NCBI GenBank assembly: GCA_963708135.1
Contig: OY970192.1
Coordinates: forward strand, 4,224,001-4,288,000
From: an uncultured Gemmatimonadales bacterium
GTDB taxonomy: Bacteria; Gemmatimonadota; Gemmatimonadetes; Longimicrobiales; RSA9
Direction: 5' to 3'
Length of the DNA: 64,000 bases
Positions 17,937 to 26,718 of the stretch are shown piece after piece. Each line of letters opens with the position of its first letter. The stretch's first letter is position 1. The position numbers and the translations under genes are program-made. The notes under the pieces are model-generated. The model searched no databases, had not been told where the DNA came from, and worked only from the letters and a program-made list of their open reading frames with translations.

Positions 17937-19058
17937 CTAGCGTGCGAGGGTGGCGCGGCGCACGGTCAGGTCCTCGATCCGGTCGAGGTCCACCTCCACC
18001 CCGAGGCCAGGCCGGTCCAGGGGCACGGCCACCATCCCGTCGGCGTCCATGGTCCATTCCGGCTTCACGATGTCGCGCGCCCAGTAGCGTGCGCTCGGCG
18101 AGAGGTCGCCCGGGATCCGGAAGTTCGGCAGCGAGGCGAGAGCCACGTTGTGCGCCCGTCCGATCCCGCTCTCCAGCATCCCGCCGCACCATACCGGGAT
18201 GTCGTTCTTCGCGCACAGGTCGTGGATCGCGATCGAGACCGCGAAGCCGCCCACCCGGCCCGGCTTGATGTTGATGATGCGGCCGCTGCCGAGCGTGATC
18301 ATGTCCTCCGCCCGGTTGAGCGAGGTGATCGACTCATCGAGGCAGATCGGCGTCCGCAGGCGTCGCTGCAGCGCCGCGTGGCGCACCAGGTCCTCGCGCT
18401 CGAGCGGCTGCTCGATCATGACCAGCTCGAAGGCGTCGAGCTCCGCCAGGTGATCCGCATCCTCGAGGGTGTAGGCGTTGTTGGCGTCTGCCATGAGCGG
18501 CGCGTCGGGAAGCGCCCGCCGCACCGCCCCTACGTACTCCACGTCGTGGCCCGGCTCGATCTTCAGCTTGATCTTGTGGTAGCCCTCCTGGTAGGCGCTC
18601 CGCGCGCGCAGCACGAGGTCCTGCGGCGTCGCCTGGATCCCCAGCGAGATCCCCACCTCGATGCGCGGCCGCGTCCCCCCGAGCCGCCTCGCCAGCGGCA
18701 CCCCCTCCAGCTCCGCCGCGAGCGCCCATACTCCCATCTCGATCGCGGCCTTCGCCATCCGATGGCCGCGGATGCCGTCGTCCAGCATCCCGATCGCATC
18801 CTCCGGGCTCGAGAGCTCGCGCCCCAGGATGCGCGGAGCCAGCCACTTCTCGAGCGCCAGCCACGCGGTGTCGATCGTCTCCGGGCTGTAGTTCGGCTGC
18901 TCGTCCGCCACGCACTCCGACCACGACGTCGCCCCGTCGGGGTGATGCAGCTCCAGCAGACAGATCCGCCGCTCCGACATCACTCCCGACGAGATGCGGA
19001 ACGGCTCCTTGAGCGGAAGATGGATCTCCCGCAGATCGATCGCGTCCACGCGCAGCAT
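17937..19058 (-). CDS. menC: o-succinylbenzoate synthase / N-succinylamino-acid racemase (NSAR/OSBS subfamily, enolase superfamily)
   Basis: KIKLKI, DAN, EQP, DES, NIKPGRVGG, WCGGMLES, PGDLS. ATG overlaps the upstream TGA. No other men genes nearby. Confidence 0.9.
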   Translation of the reverse strand: MLRVDAIDLREIHLPLKEPFRISSGVMSERRICLLELHHPDGATSWSECVADEQPNYSPETIDTAWLALEKWLAPRILGRELSSPEDAIGMLDDGIRGHRMAKAAIEMGVWALAAELEGVPLARRLGGTRPRIEVGISLGIQATPQDLVLRARSAYQEGYHKIKLKIEPGHDVEYVGAVRRALPDAPLMADANNAYTLEDADHLAELDAFELVMIEQPLEREDLVRHAALQRRLRTPICLDESITSLNRAEDMITLGSGRIINIKPGRVGGFAVSIAIHDLCAKNDIPVWCGGMLESGIGRAHNVALASLPNFRIPGDLSPSARYWARDIVKPEWTMDADGMVAVPLDRPGLGVEVDLDRIEDLTVRRATLAR

Positions 19059-19930
19059 CAGGTCTTCGCCCCCCTCTCGGGTCCGGTCAGGACGTAGAAG
19101 CACCGCCCACTCGCCGGATCCCGGTAGAACCCCCGCACCCGGCACCCCGCGCCGAGCGCCCACGCCAGCGCCTCGCGCGTCGGAAGCCGCCAGCGCATCG
19201 CACCCGCACGCCCCGACTCCGCCACCACGGCATCAATGTCCTCCGGGATCTCCAGCCGGACCTCCCGCCCGTACGGCCGCAGCAGCGCGTTCCGCTCCGC
19301 GACCGACAGGCCGTTCAGCACCGGCGCTTCCCCGTGCGCCTGCGCCTGCGCATCCGGCCGCGGCGGCGAGGCCGGCTTCTGCGTGCCGACCTCCCATGAC
19401 ACGATGAAGCGGTCCGTGCCGAAGCCGTGCAGCTCGCTGCCGGTGTCCCCGTACATGTCCTCCACGTGGTCCGTCACCACCGCGCCGAGGAGGTTCAGGT
19501 TCAGGTGCGCGTTGCGCGCCACCAGCGGGTCGAACGTCCAGTATATCCGGCGGATCCCGCGCTCCGCGAGCACCTGCCACTGCAGCCGCTTCAGCCGCCG
19601 CCCGATCCCGTGGTCCCGCAGCTCCCGCCGCACCGCTAGCATGTGCGACCAGTGCACCAGCTCACCATCCTCGATCCCCGTCATCCCGAAGACGAAGCCC
19701 ACCAGCCGGCCCGTGCCATCGAACGCACCCGCCGTGACACCGCCGATCCGATTGGTGATCTTCAGGATCGTGGCGGGTATTACCTCGTTGAAGCCTTCGC
19801 CCCACGTGTCGCGCTGCAGCTCCAGGCACGCGTGGTATTCCTCCCGCGTGTGGAGCAGCCGGATCTCCATCGCGCGCAGCGCCGGATCCGGCGAGGCAGT
19901 CAGATGTGGAGAAGACTCGTAGGTAGCCAT
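19058..19930 (-). CDS. GNAT-family acyltransferase, probable amino-acid N-succinyltransferase partner of NSAR
   Basis: GAFD..LVGF, HWSHMLAV, GIGRRLK, WTFDPLVARNAHLNL, DMYG, TDRF. Translationally coupled to the racemase. Confidence 0.87.
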   Translation of the reverse strand: MATYESSPHLTASPDPALRAMEIRLLHTREEYHACLELQRDTWGEGFNEVIPATILKITNRIGGVTAGAFDGTGRLVGFVFGMTGIEDGELVHWSHMLAVRRELRDHGIGRRLKRLQWQVLAERGIRRIYWTFDPLVARNAHLNLNLLGAVVTDHVEDMYGDTGSELHGFGTDRFIVSWEVGTQKPASPPRPDAQAQAHGEAPVLNGLSVAERNALLRPYGREVRLEIPEDIDAVVAESGRAGAMRWRLPTREALAWALGAGCRVRGFYRDPASGRCFYVLTGPERGAKT

Positions 19931-20006
19931 GCAGCGGTCGTTTGGGTGGGCGGCTCTGGCAGCGCGTGCAGGCGCTTGGCAGCGCGCACTGGCGGTGCCG
20001 GCCAGG

Positions 20007-20050
20007 TGTGTACATGCTAACACGCGTCATGGTATCCGGCAAGGTATACA
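20007..20050 (-). promoter_or_regulatory. Sigma70 promoter of the GNAT-NSAR operon flanked by two TGTAYAC operator-like sites
   Basis: Minus strand TTGCCG (20042-20037), 17 bp spacer, TAGCAT (20019-20014). TGTACAC begins at the last base of the -10 box and TGTATAC lies just upstream of the -35 box. Confidence 0.6.
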
Positions 20051-20110
20051 GAGGGCGAACGTGGGCGCGCGCCGCGCGAGGCGCCCAACGTTTCCGGGGA
20101 GGGGCCTGTA

Positions 20111-20668
20111 ATGGAAGGTAGCGTGGATGAGGCGCGGCTGGTCGAGCGGGTGCGCCGGGGAGATGCGGAGGCGTACGGCGAGCTGGTGGAGCGGCACGCG
20201 CGGCGGGCCTTCTCCATCGCCTATCGGCTGCTGGCGCACCGGGAGGACGCGGAGGACCTCGTGCAGGACGCGTTCATCGCTGCGCTGGAGGGGATCGACG
20301 GGTTCGACAGCGGGCGTCCGTTCGGGCCGTGGCTGTACCGGATCGTGACGAACCGGGGGCTGAACGCCCGGAAGGCGCGGGCGCTGCGGACGACGGAGGA
20401 GGTGCCGGTGGATGCGGCGAGCTCGCTGCCGCCGCCGGATCGGTCGGTGGAGCGGGCGGAGGCGCGGGCTCGGCTCGGCGCGGCGCTGTCGGCGCTGCCG
20501 GAGCGGCAGCGGGTGGTGGTGCAGCTGTACGAGCTGGACGGGTTCTCGGGGCCGGAGATCGCGGAGCTGCTGGGGCTATCGGAGGGAACGGTGCGCTGGC
20601 ACCTGCACGAGGCGCGGAAGGCGCTGCGGGCGGAGCTGGAGCCGGAGACAGGAGGGGCGACGGAATGA
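20111..20668 (+). CDS. ECF RNA polymerase sigma factor
   Basis: DAEDLVQDAF, FGPWLYRIVTN, LPERQR, EIAELLG..EGTVRWHLHEAR. Confidence 0.93.
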   Translation: MEGSVDEARLVERVRRGDAEAYGELVERHARRAFSIAYRLLAHREDAEDLVQDAFIAALEGIDGFDSGRPFGPWLYRIVTNRGLNARKARALRTTEEVPVDAASSLPPPDRSVERAEARARLGAALSALPERQRVVVQLYELDGFSGPEIAELLGLSEGTVRWHLHEARKALRAELEPETGGATE

Positions 20669-21207
20669 TGGATCGAGCGAACGGCGGCGCGCCGGTTCCG
20701 CGGCGGGATGGCGCGGAGCGGGCGCTGCCCGGCGGCGGCTGGCCGGAGCCGGATGAGGCGCTCGGCTCGGCGCTCCGGGAAGTGGTGCCGGAGGCACCGG
20801 TGGAGCGCGTGGACTGGCGGGCGTTCCGGGCGGCGGTCCTGGCGCGTGCGGAGCTGCCGCTGGCGCGGCTGCGTCGGCGGCAGCGGCAGCGGTGGTGGGA
20901 AGTGACGGCGGGGTGGGCGCGGGCGGCGGTGCCGGCGGCGGCGGCGGCGGGGGTGGTGCTGGCGCTGGCGCTGGGAGCGTTCGACCGGCTGGGCGCTGGC
21001 GGCAAGGTGGCGGAGCGGGGCGGGGAGGCGGAGATGACGCAGGTGGCATCGGCGCGGGGTGGGCGGGCGCGGCTGGTGACGGCCTCGTCGCGGATCCCGC
21101 TGGAGCAGGCGTTGTCGGCGGGGACGCCGCAGGATGCGATCACGAACGTGCTGTTCGAGACGGCGGGTCCGGATGCACTGATCCGGGCGGCCGTGGAGTC
21201 GAGATGA
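20665..21207 (+). CDS. Single-TM membrane protein, probable anti-sigma factor
   Basis: Overlaps the sigma stop codon. One hydrophobic segment (AVPAAAAAGVVLALALG). Confidence 0.65.
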   Translation: MMDRANGGAPVPRRDGAERALPGGGWPEPDEALGSALREVVPEAPVERVDWRAFRAAVLARAELPLARLRRRQRQRWWEVTAGWARAAVPAAAAAGVVLALALGAFDRLGAGGKVAERGGEAEMTQVASARGGRARLVTASSRIPLEQALSAGTPQDAITNVLFETAGPDALIRAAVESR

Positions 21208-21686
21208 TGGAATCGAGCGAGAAGGGGAGCGGTCTGGGTCCGCGCTTTACGGCGGCGCTGCTGCTGGGGCTGGTTCTGGTGGTGGGGGCGCTGGGCGGCG
21301 TTGTGGTCGACCGGCTGGTGCTGAGGCCGCCGGTGGCGCGGGCGGCGGAGGCGGCGGCGGACACGTCGCGGTCGGCGATGACGGAGCGCGGCCGGGGCAG
21401 GGAGCGGGGCCGGGAGCGCTACGTCCAGCAGCTCACGCGCGAGCTGGAGCTGACGCCGGCGCAGCGGGCGCGAGTGGATTCGATCACGGTGGTGCGGGAG
21501 GCGCGCATGCAGGCGCTGATCCAGGAGGTGCACCCGCGCTTCCACGCGCTGATCGAGCAGACGCGGGCGGAGATCGACAGCGTGCTCACGCCGGCGCAGC
21601 GCGAGAAGCTGGAGGCGCTGCGGGAGGCGCACGAGAGAAAACAGCGGGCCGAGCGCGGGGATAGCGCGCGCGACACGGCTCGATAG
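21204..21686 (+). CDS. Membrane-anchored periplasmic Spy/CpxP-like helical protein
   Basis: N-terminal TM and two LTxxQ motifs (ELELTPAQ, VLTPAQ). Confidence 0.7.
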   Translation: MMESSEKGSGLGPRFTAALLLGLVLVVGALGGVVVDRLVLRPPVARAAEAAADTSRSAMTERGRGRERGRERYVQQLTRELELTPAQRARVDSITVVREARMQALIQEVHPRFHALIEQTRAEIDSVLTPAQREKLEALREAHERKQRAERGDSARDTAR

Positions 21687-21704
21687 CACGGGAGACGTGA
21701 CGGG

Positions 21705-23096
21705 ATGACGAAGCAGAGGACTTTCTGGCCGGGGGCGGCGCTGGCCCTGGTGGCCGTGGTCGGTGCGGCGGCGCCGGGGAGGGCGCAGCAGCCCTCGAAG
21801 CCGAAGGTGGCCGCGGACACGGCGCTGCCGACGGCGGCGGCGGACACGGCGCTACCGCCGAGCGTGGGCGCTGAGGACCGGCGGACGGTGACGCTGGAGG
21901 AGGCGGTGCGGCTTGCGATGCAGGCGAGCCCGGCGATCACGCAGAGCGAGGGGCAGATGCGACAGGCGTCGGCGGCGGAGCGGACGGCGTACGGCAACTT
22001 CCTGCCGAGCCTGAGCCTTTCGACGACGGCGGCGGTGAACAGCACGCAGCGCTACAACCCGACGACGAACACGTCGGTGAGCGGCTCGTCCGACTCCTAC
22101 ACGACCGGCTTCTCGGGGTCGTGGGACATCTTCACGGGGCGCCGCTTCGCGCAGCTGAAGCAGGCGAAGGCGGGCGAGCAGTCGGCGCAGGCCGGGCTCG
22201 TGACACAGCAGTTCGCGGTCGCGCTCTCGGCCAAGACGACCTTCTTCAACGTGCTGCGCGCGGACGAGCTGATCCGCGTGGCGCAGAGCCAGCTGGCCAC
22301 CGCCCAGGAGGGGCTGGACGCGGCGAACCAGCGCCTCAAGGTCGGCTCGGCCACGCGCTCCGACGTGCTGCGCGCGCGGCTCTCCGTCACGCAGGCCAAG
22401 CAGGCGCTGGCGCAGGCGGAGAACCAGCGGCGCACGGGAGCGTACGCGCTGGGCCGGACGGTGGGCGTGGACGGCGCCGTGGGCGCGCGTCTGGAGACCC
22501 CCCTCGAGCCGACGCCGCTGGCCTACACGCCGGAACAGCTCGCGCAGATGATCGAGGCGGAGGCGCCCTCGGTGCGGGCCGCCGCGGCGGCCGCCCGCGC
22601 CAGCGGCGCGGGCGTCACCGTGGCGCGCGCCCAGTACATCCCGTCGCTACGGCTGTCAACCGGCTACGACTGGTACAACGACACTCCGGCGTTCTCGAGC
22701 GCGCAGGCGAGCTGGAACGTCCGGTTCGGCCTCTCCTACCCCCTGTTCAACGGCTTCCAGCGGGAGCAGACGGTGGAGCAGGCGAACGTGGCGGCGGATG
22801 TGGCGAACGCGCAGCTGGCGGACGCGCGGCGGGCGGCGCACTCGGAGCTGGAGAGCGCGCTCGGCGCGCTGCGCCTGGCGGAGCAGCAGCTGGAGCTGAA
22901 CCAGGAGGCGGTGCAGGTCGCCGCGGAGGATCTGCGCGTGCAGCAGGAGCGATACCGGCTGGGCGCCTCCACGATCCTGGACCAGATCACGTCGCAGTCG
23001 GCGCTGGTCCAGGCGCAGACGAACCTCGTGAACGCCCGCTACGACTACCAGATCGCGCGCGCGCAGCTCGACGCGCTGGTCGGGAAGGATCTGTAA
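21705..23096 (+). CDS. TolC-family outer membrane efflux protein
   Basis: TLEEAVRLA, two OEP repeats, [15 protein letters not shown]. Confidence 0.9.
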   Translation: MTKQRTFWPGAALALVAVVGAAAPGRAQQPSKPKVAADTALPTAAADTALPPSVGAEDRRTVTLEEAVRLAMQASPAITQSEGQMRQASAAERTAYGNFLPSLSLSTTAAVNSTQRYNPTTNTSVSGSSDSYTTGFSGSWDIFTGRRFAQLKQAKAGEQSAQAGLVTQQFAVALSAKTTFFNVLRADELIRVAQSQLATAQEGLDAANQRLKVGSATRSDVLRARLSVTQAKQALAQAENQRRTGAYALGRTVGVDGAVGARLETPLEPTPLAYTPEQLAQMIEAEAPSVRAAAAAARASGAGVTVARAQYIPSLRLSTGYDWYNDTPAFSSAQASWNVRFGLSYPLFNGFQREQTVEQANVAADVANAQLADARRAAHSELESALGALRLAEQQLELNQEAVQVAAEDLRVQQERYRLGASTILDQITSQSALVQAQTNLVNARYDYQIARAQLDALVGKDL

Positions 23097-23854
23097 TGGC
23101 CACCGCCGAGCGCACGGTCCAGGACGTCATCATCAAGACCGAGGGGCTGGAGAAGAAGTACCTGCTCGGCTCCGAGACCGTCCATGCGCTGCGGGGCGTG
23201 GACCTGGTGGTGGCCCGCAACGAGTACGTGGCGATCATGGGCCCGTCGGGCTCGGGCAAGTCGACGCTCATGAACCTGATCGGCTGCCTGGACACGCCGA
23301 CCGCGGGCGAGTACTGGCTGAACGGGCAGCCCGTGGCGCGGCTCAGCGACGACGAGCTGGCGCGCGTGCGCAACCGCGAGATCGGCTTCGTGTTCCAGAC
23401 CTTCAACCTGCTGCCGCGGGCCACGGCGCTGCACAACGTGGAGCTGCCGCTGATCTACGCGGGAGTGAGCGCGAAGGAGCGCCGGGCGCGCGCGGAGCAG
23501 ATGCTGGAGAAGGTGGGGCTCGGCGACCGCATGACGCACCGGCCCACGGAGCTTTCGGGCGGGCAGCGCCAGCGGGTGGCGGTGGCGCGCGCGCTGATCG
23601 CCGGGCCCGCGATCCTGCTGGCGGACGAGCCGACGGGGAACCTGGACAGTCAGACGAGCGAGGAGATCATGGCGCTGTTCTCCGAGCTGCACGACGGCGG
23701 CCAGACGATCGTGCTGGTCACCCACGAGCACGACATCGCCGCGCACGCGCAGCGCCAGATCCATCTGCGTGACGGCGTGATCGAGCGCGATGAGCGTACC
23801 GAGGTATGGAACCGGGCGGGGACAGCCCCGCTGAACCCTGGAGGTGTGGCGTGA
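23096..23854 (+). CDS. ABC transporter ATP-binding protein (MacB/LolD-like)
   Basis: [41 protein letters not shown]. Confidence 0.95.
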   Translation: MATAERTVQDVIIKTEGLEKKYLLGSETVHALRGVDLVVARNEYVAIMGPSGSGKSTLMNLIGCLDTPTAGEYWLNGQPVARLSDDELARVRNREIGFVFQTFNLLPRATALHNVELPLIYAGVSAKERRARAEQMLEKVGLGDRMTHRPTELSGGQRQRVAVARALIAGPAILLADEPTGNLDSQTSEEIMALFSELHDGGQTIVLVTHEHDIAAHAQRQIHLRDGVIERDERTEVWNRAGTAPLNPGGVA

Positions 23855-25350
23855 GGGCAGGCATGAAGCGGTGGTTGGCCGGCGCGGTCATGGCGCTCGT
23901 CGGGGTGGCGCTGGCCGCGTGTGGGGCGGCGTCGCCGAAGGCGGATCCGCAGGCCGCGGACCAGGTGGCCGAGGTGACCCACCGCCCGCTGGACGTGAAG
24001 GCGGAGGCCTCGGGAACGGTGCAGCCGGTCCTGATCGTGGAGGTCAAGTCCAAGGCATCGGGCGAGATCCTGAAGCTGCACGCGGAGACGGGCGAGGAGG
24101 TCAAGAAGGGGACGCTCCTGGCGGAGATCGATCCGCGCGACGTGAGCAACGCCCTCTCGCAGGCGCAGGCGGACCTCGAGGTCGCCCGCGTCCGGCTGCA
24201 GACCTCGAGCGAGCAGCTCAAGCGCTCCGAGCAGCTGCGCAAGAGCAACGTCATCACGGAGCAGGAGTACGAGACCGCGGCGCTGGACGAGGCGAACGCC
24301 CGCGCGCAGCTCGTGAAGGCGCAGACCAACCTCGAGCTGGCGCAGCAGCGGATGGGCGACGTGACGATCCGGGCGCCGATCGACGGCACGCTGATCGAGA
24401 AGGACGTCGAGGCGGGCCAGATCATCGCCTCGGCGAGCCAGACCGTCTCGGGCGGCACGACGCTGTTCAAGATGGCCGACCTCTCGACCATGCAGGTGCG
24501 GGCGCTCGTGGACGAGACCGACATCGGGCGGGTGCAGCCGCACCAGGTCGCCCGCGTCACGGTGGACGCCTACCCGAACCGCGTCTTCACGGGCGCGGTC
24601 GAGAAGATCGAGCCGCAGGCGGTGGTCGACCAGAACGTGACCATGTTCCCCGTCCTGATCACGCTCGACAACGGCGAGAAGCTGCTCAAGCCGGGCATGA
24701 ACGCGGACGTCGAGGTGCAGGTGGCCCGGCGCGACAACGCGCTCGTGGTGCCGAACGACGCGGTCGTCTCGATGCGCGAGGCGGCCACGGTCGGCACGGC
24801 GCTCGGGCTCTCGGAGGACCAGGTGCAGAAGCAGCTGGCCGGCACCGTGCCGGTCTCCGATCCGCCCGCGCAGGGGGCCAAGGCCGCACCGGGCCAGGCG
24901 CCGCAGGGCGCCGCGGGCCAGCAGCCGGCGGCGCCGGGGCAGGTGGCGGCCGCGGGCGCGCCCGGCCAGGGAGCGTCGGCCGACTGCATGGCGCTGGTGC
25001 AGAAGATCCGGGCCGCCGGCGGCTTCCAGGCGATGTCGTCGCTTAGCGAGCAGGACCGGACGAAGCTGCGCGCCTGCCGGGGCCAGTTCGGTGGCGGGCG
25101 CGGTGGACCGGGTGGCCGCGGTGACGGCACGCGGCCGGCCGTCGTGTTCGTGCAGACGGCGCAGGGGCCGGAGGCGCGGCGCGTGGTCCTTGGCGTGAAC
25201 GACTTCGACTACACGGAGGTGCTGCGCGGGCTGAAGGATGGGGAGAAGGTGATCCTCGCCTCCGTGGCCCGGCTGCAGCAGCAGCAGACGGACATGCAGA
25301 ACCGGATCAGGGAGCGCACGGGTGGCCCGCTGCGCTCGGGAGGTCGTTGA
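23851..25350 (+). CDS. Efflux periplasmic adaptor subunit (MacA-like)
   Basis: Lipobox [36 protein letters not shown]. Start at 23851 (GTG) or 23863. Confidence 0.9.
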   Translation: MRAGMKRWLAGAVMALVGVALAACGAASPKADPQAADQVAEVTHRPLDVKAEASGTVQPVLIVEVKSKASGEILKLHAETGEEVKKGTLLAEIDPRDVSNALSQAQADLEVARVRLQTSSEQLKRSEQLRKSNVITEQEYETAALDEANARAQLVKAQTNLELAQQRMGDVTIRAPIDGTLIEKDVEAGQIIASASQTVSGGTTLFKMADLSTMQVRALVDETDIGRVQPHQVARVTVDAYPNRVFTGAVEKIEPQAVVDQNVTMFPVLITLDNGEKLLKPGMNADVEVQVARRDNALVVPNDAVVSMREAATVGTALGLSEDQVQKQLAGTVPVSDPPAQGAKAAPGQAPQGAAGQQPAAPGQVAAAGAPGQGASADCMALVQKIRAAGGFQAMSSLSEQDRTKLRACRGQFGGGRGGPGGRGDGTRPAVVFVQTAQGPEARRVVLGVNDFDYTEVLRGLKDGEKVILASVARLQQQQTDMQNRIRERTGGPLRSGGR

Positions 25351-25351
25351 C

Positions 25352-26563
25352 ATGCTCTGGGGCGAGATCCTGCGGGTCGCCATCGCGTCGATCCGGGCGA
25401 ACAAGCTGAGGTCGTTCCTGACCATGCTCGGCATCATCATCGGCATTGCCGCGGTGATCGCGATGGTGGCGCTGGGCGAGGGCGCGCAGCGGTCCGTGCA
25501 GGAGCGGCTCTCGCAGCTCGGCACGAACGTGCTGACGGTCCGGCCGGGGCAGGGTTTCATGGGCGGCGTGGACCGCGGGGACGCCAAGCTGACCACGCAG
25601 GATGCGGAGGGGCTGGTCCGCGCGCCTGTGTACGTGCAGCGGGTGGCGCCCGAGATGCAGCGGCGCTACCAGGTCACGTTCGGCAGCGGCAACGCCAACC
25701 TGACGGCGCTCGGCACGTGGCCGGACTACTTCCCGATCAACAACAGCAAGGTGGCGGCGGGCCGGCTGTTCACGATGGGCGAGGAGCGCGGCCGCCGGCG
25801 CGTGGCGGTGGTGGGCGCGAACGTCGGCGATCGGCTGGGCGGGGTGGCCAGCGCATCGCTCATCGGGCAGAGCATCCAGATCCGCGGCATCCCCTTCGAG
25901 GTCGTCGGCGTGCTCGAGTCGAAGGGCGACGAGGGCTGGCGCAGTCCCGATGACATGGTCTACATCCCGCTGTCAACGGCGCAGTTCCGCGTTTTCGGCA
26001 CGGACCGGGTGAACCAGATCGACGCGCAGGCGGTCGATGAGAAGTCGATGGACCTGGCCACGGCGGAGATCGACCGGGTGCTGCGCCGCGAGCACCGGAT
26101 CAAGCCGGGTGAGGCGAGCGACGTCAGCGTTCGCAACCAGACGGCGCTCATGAGCACGTTCCAGGAGACCACGAAGACGTTCTCGATGTTGCTCGCGGGC
26201 ATCGCCTTCGTCTCGCTCGTCGTGGGCGGGATCGGCATCATGAACATCATGCTGGTCTCGGTGACGGAGCGGACGCGCGAGATCGGGGTGCGCAAGGCGC
26301 TGGGCGCGCGCCGCAAGGACATCCTGATGCAGTTCCTCATCGAGGCGCTGGTGCTCTGCCTGGCCGGCGGCGCGCTGGGCCTCGCGCTGGGCGCGGGCGG
26401 CGCGTACCTCATGCACCGCATCGCGCAGTGGAACACGGCGGTGGCGCCGAGCGCGGCGGCCATGGCGCTGGTCTTCTCCTCGGTGGTCGGCCTCTTCTTC
26501 GGGCTGTGGCCGGCGCGGCGCGCCGCGCGGCTGGACCCGATCGTCGCATTGCGGTACGAGTAG
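25352..26563 (+). CDS. ABC transporter permease (MacB/FtsX-like)
   Basis: NKLRSFLTMLGIIIG, VGGIGIMNIMLVSVTERTREIG, PARRAARLDPIVALRYE. Confidence 0.95.
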   Translation: MLWGEILRVAIASIRANKLRSFLTMLGIIIGIAAVIAMVALGEGAQRSVQERLSQLGTNVLTVRPGQGFMGGVDRGDAKLTTQDAEGLVRAPVYVQRVAPEMQRRYQVTFGSGNANLTALGTWPDYFPINNSKVAAGRLFTMGEERGRRRVAVVGANVGDRLGGVASASLIGQSIQIRGIPFEVVGVLESKGDEGWRSPDDMVYIPLSTAQFRVFGTDRVNQIDAQAVDEKSMDLATAEIDRVLRREHRIKPGEASDVSVRNQTALMSTFQETTKTFSMLLAGIAFVSLVVGGIGIMNIMLVSVTERTREIGVRKALGARRKDILMQFLIEALVLCLAGGALGLALGAGGAYLMHRIAQWNTAVAPSAAAMALVFSSVVGLFFGLWPARRAARLDPIVALRYE

Positions 26564-26718
26564 AACCATCCACGGAGCCAGGTTCCCGTACCCACCGCCA
26601 CGCCGGTCGTGGCGGAGCAGGAGCCGAGAGGGCGTGGTCGCGAGGCGGCCCGCCCTCTCGTGCATCCGGCGGGGCCGCCGCTATGGACGCCCTGCCGTCG
26701 AAGGCGTAGCATCCGGGC

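Noticed and set aside
26564..26718. Mn-sensing yybP-ykoY riboswitch upstream of mntH
   Set aside because: GC-rich hairpins are present but the GGGGAGUA and CGUCAAUAC-type conserved motifs are not.
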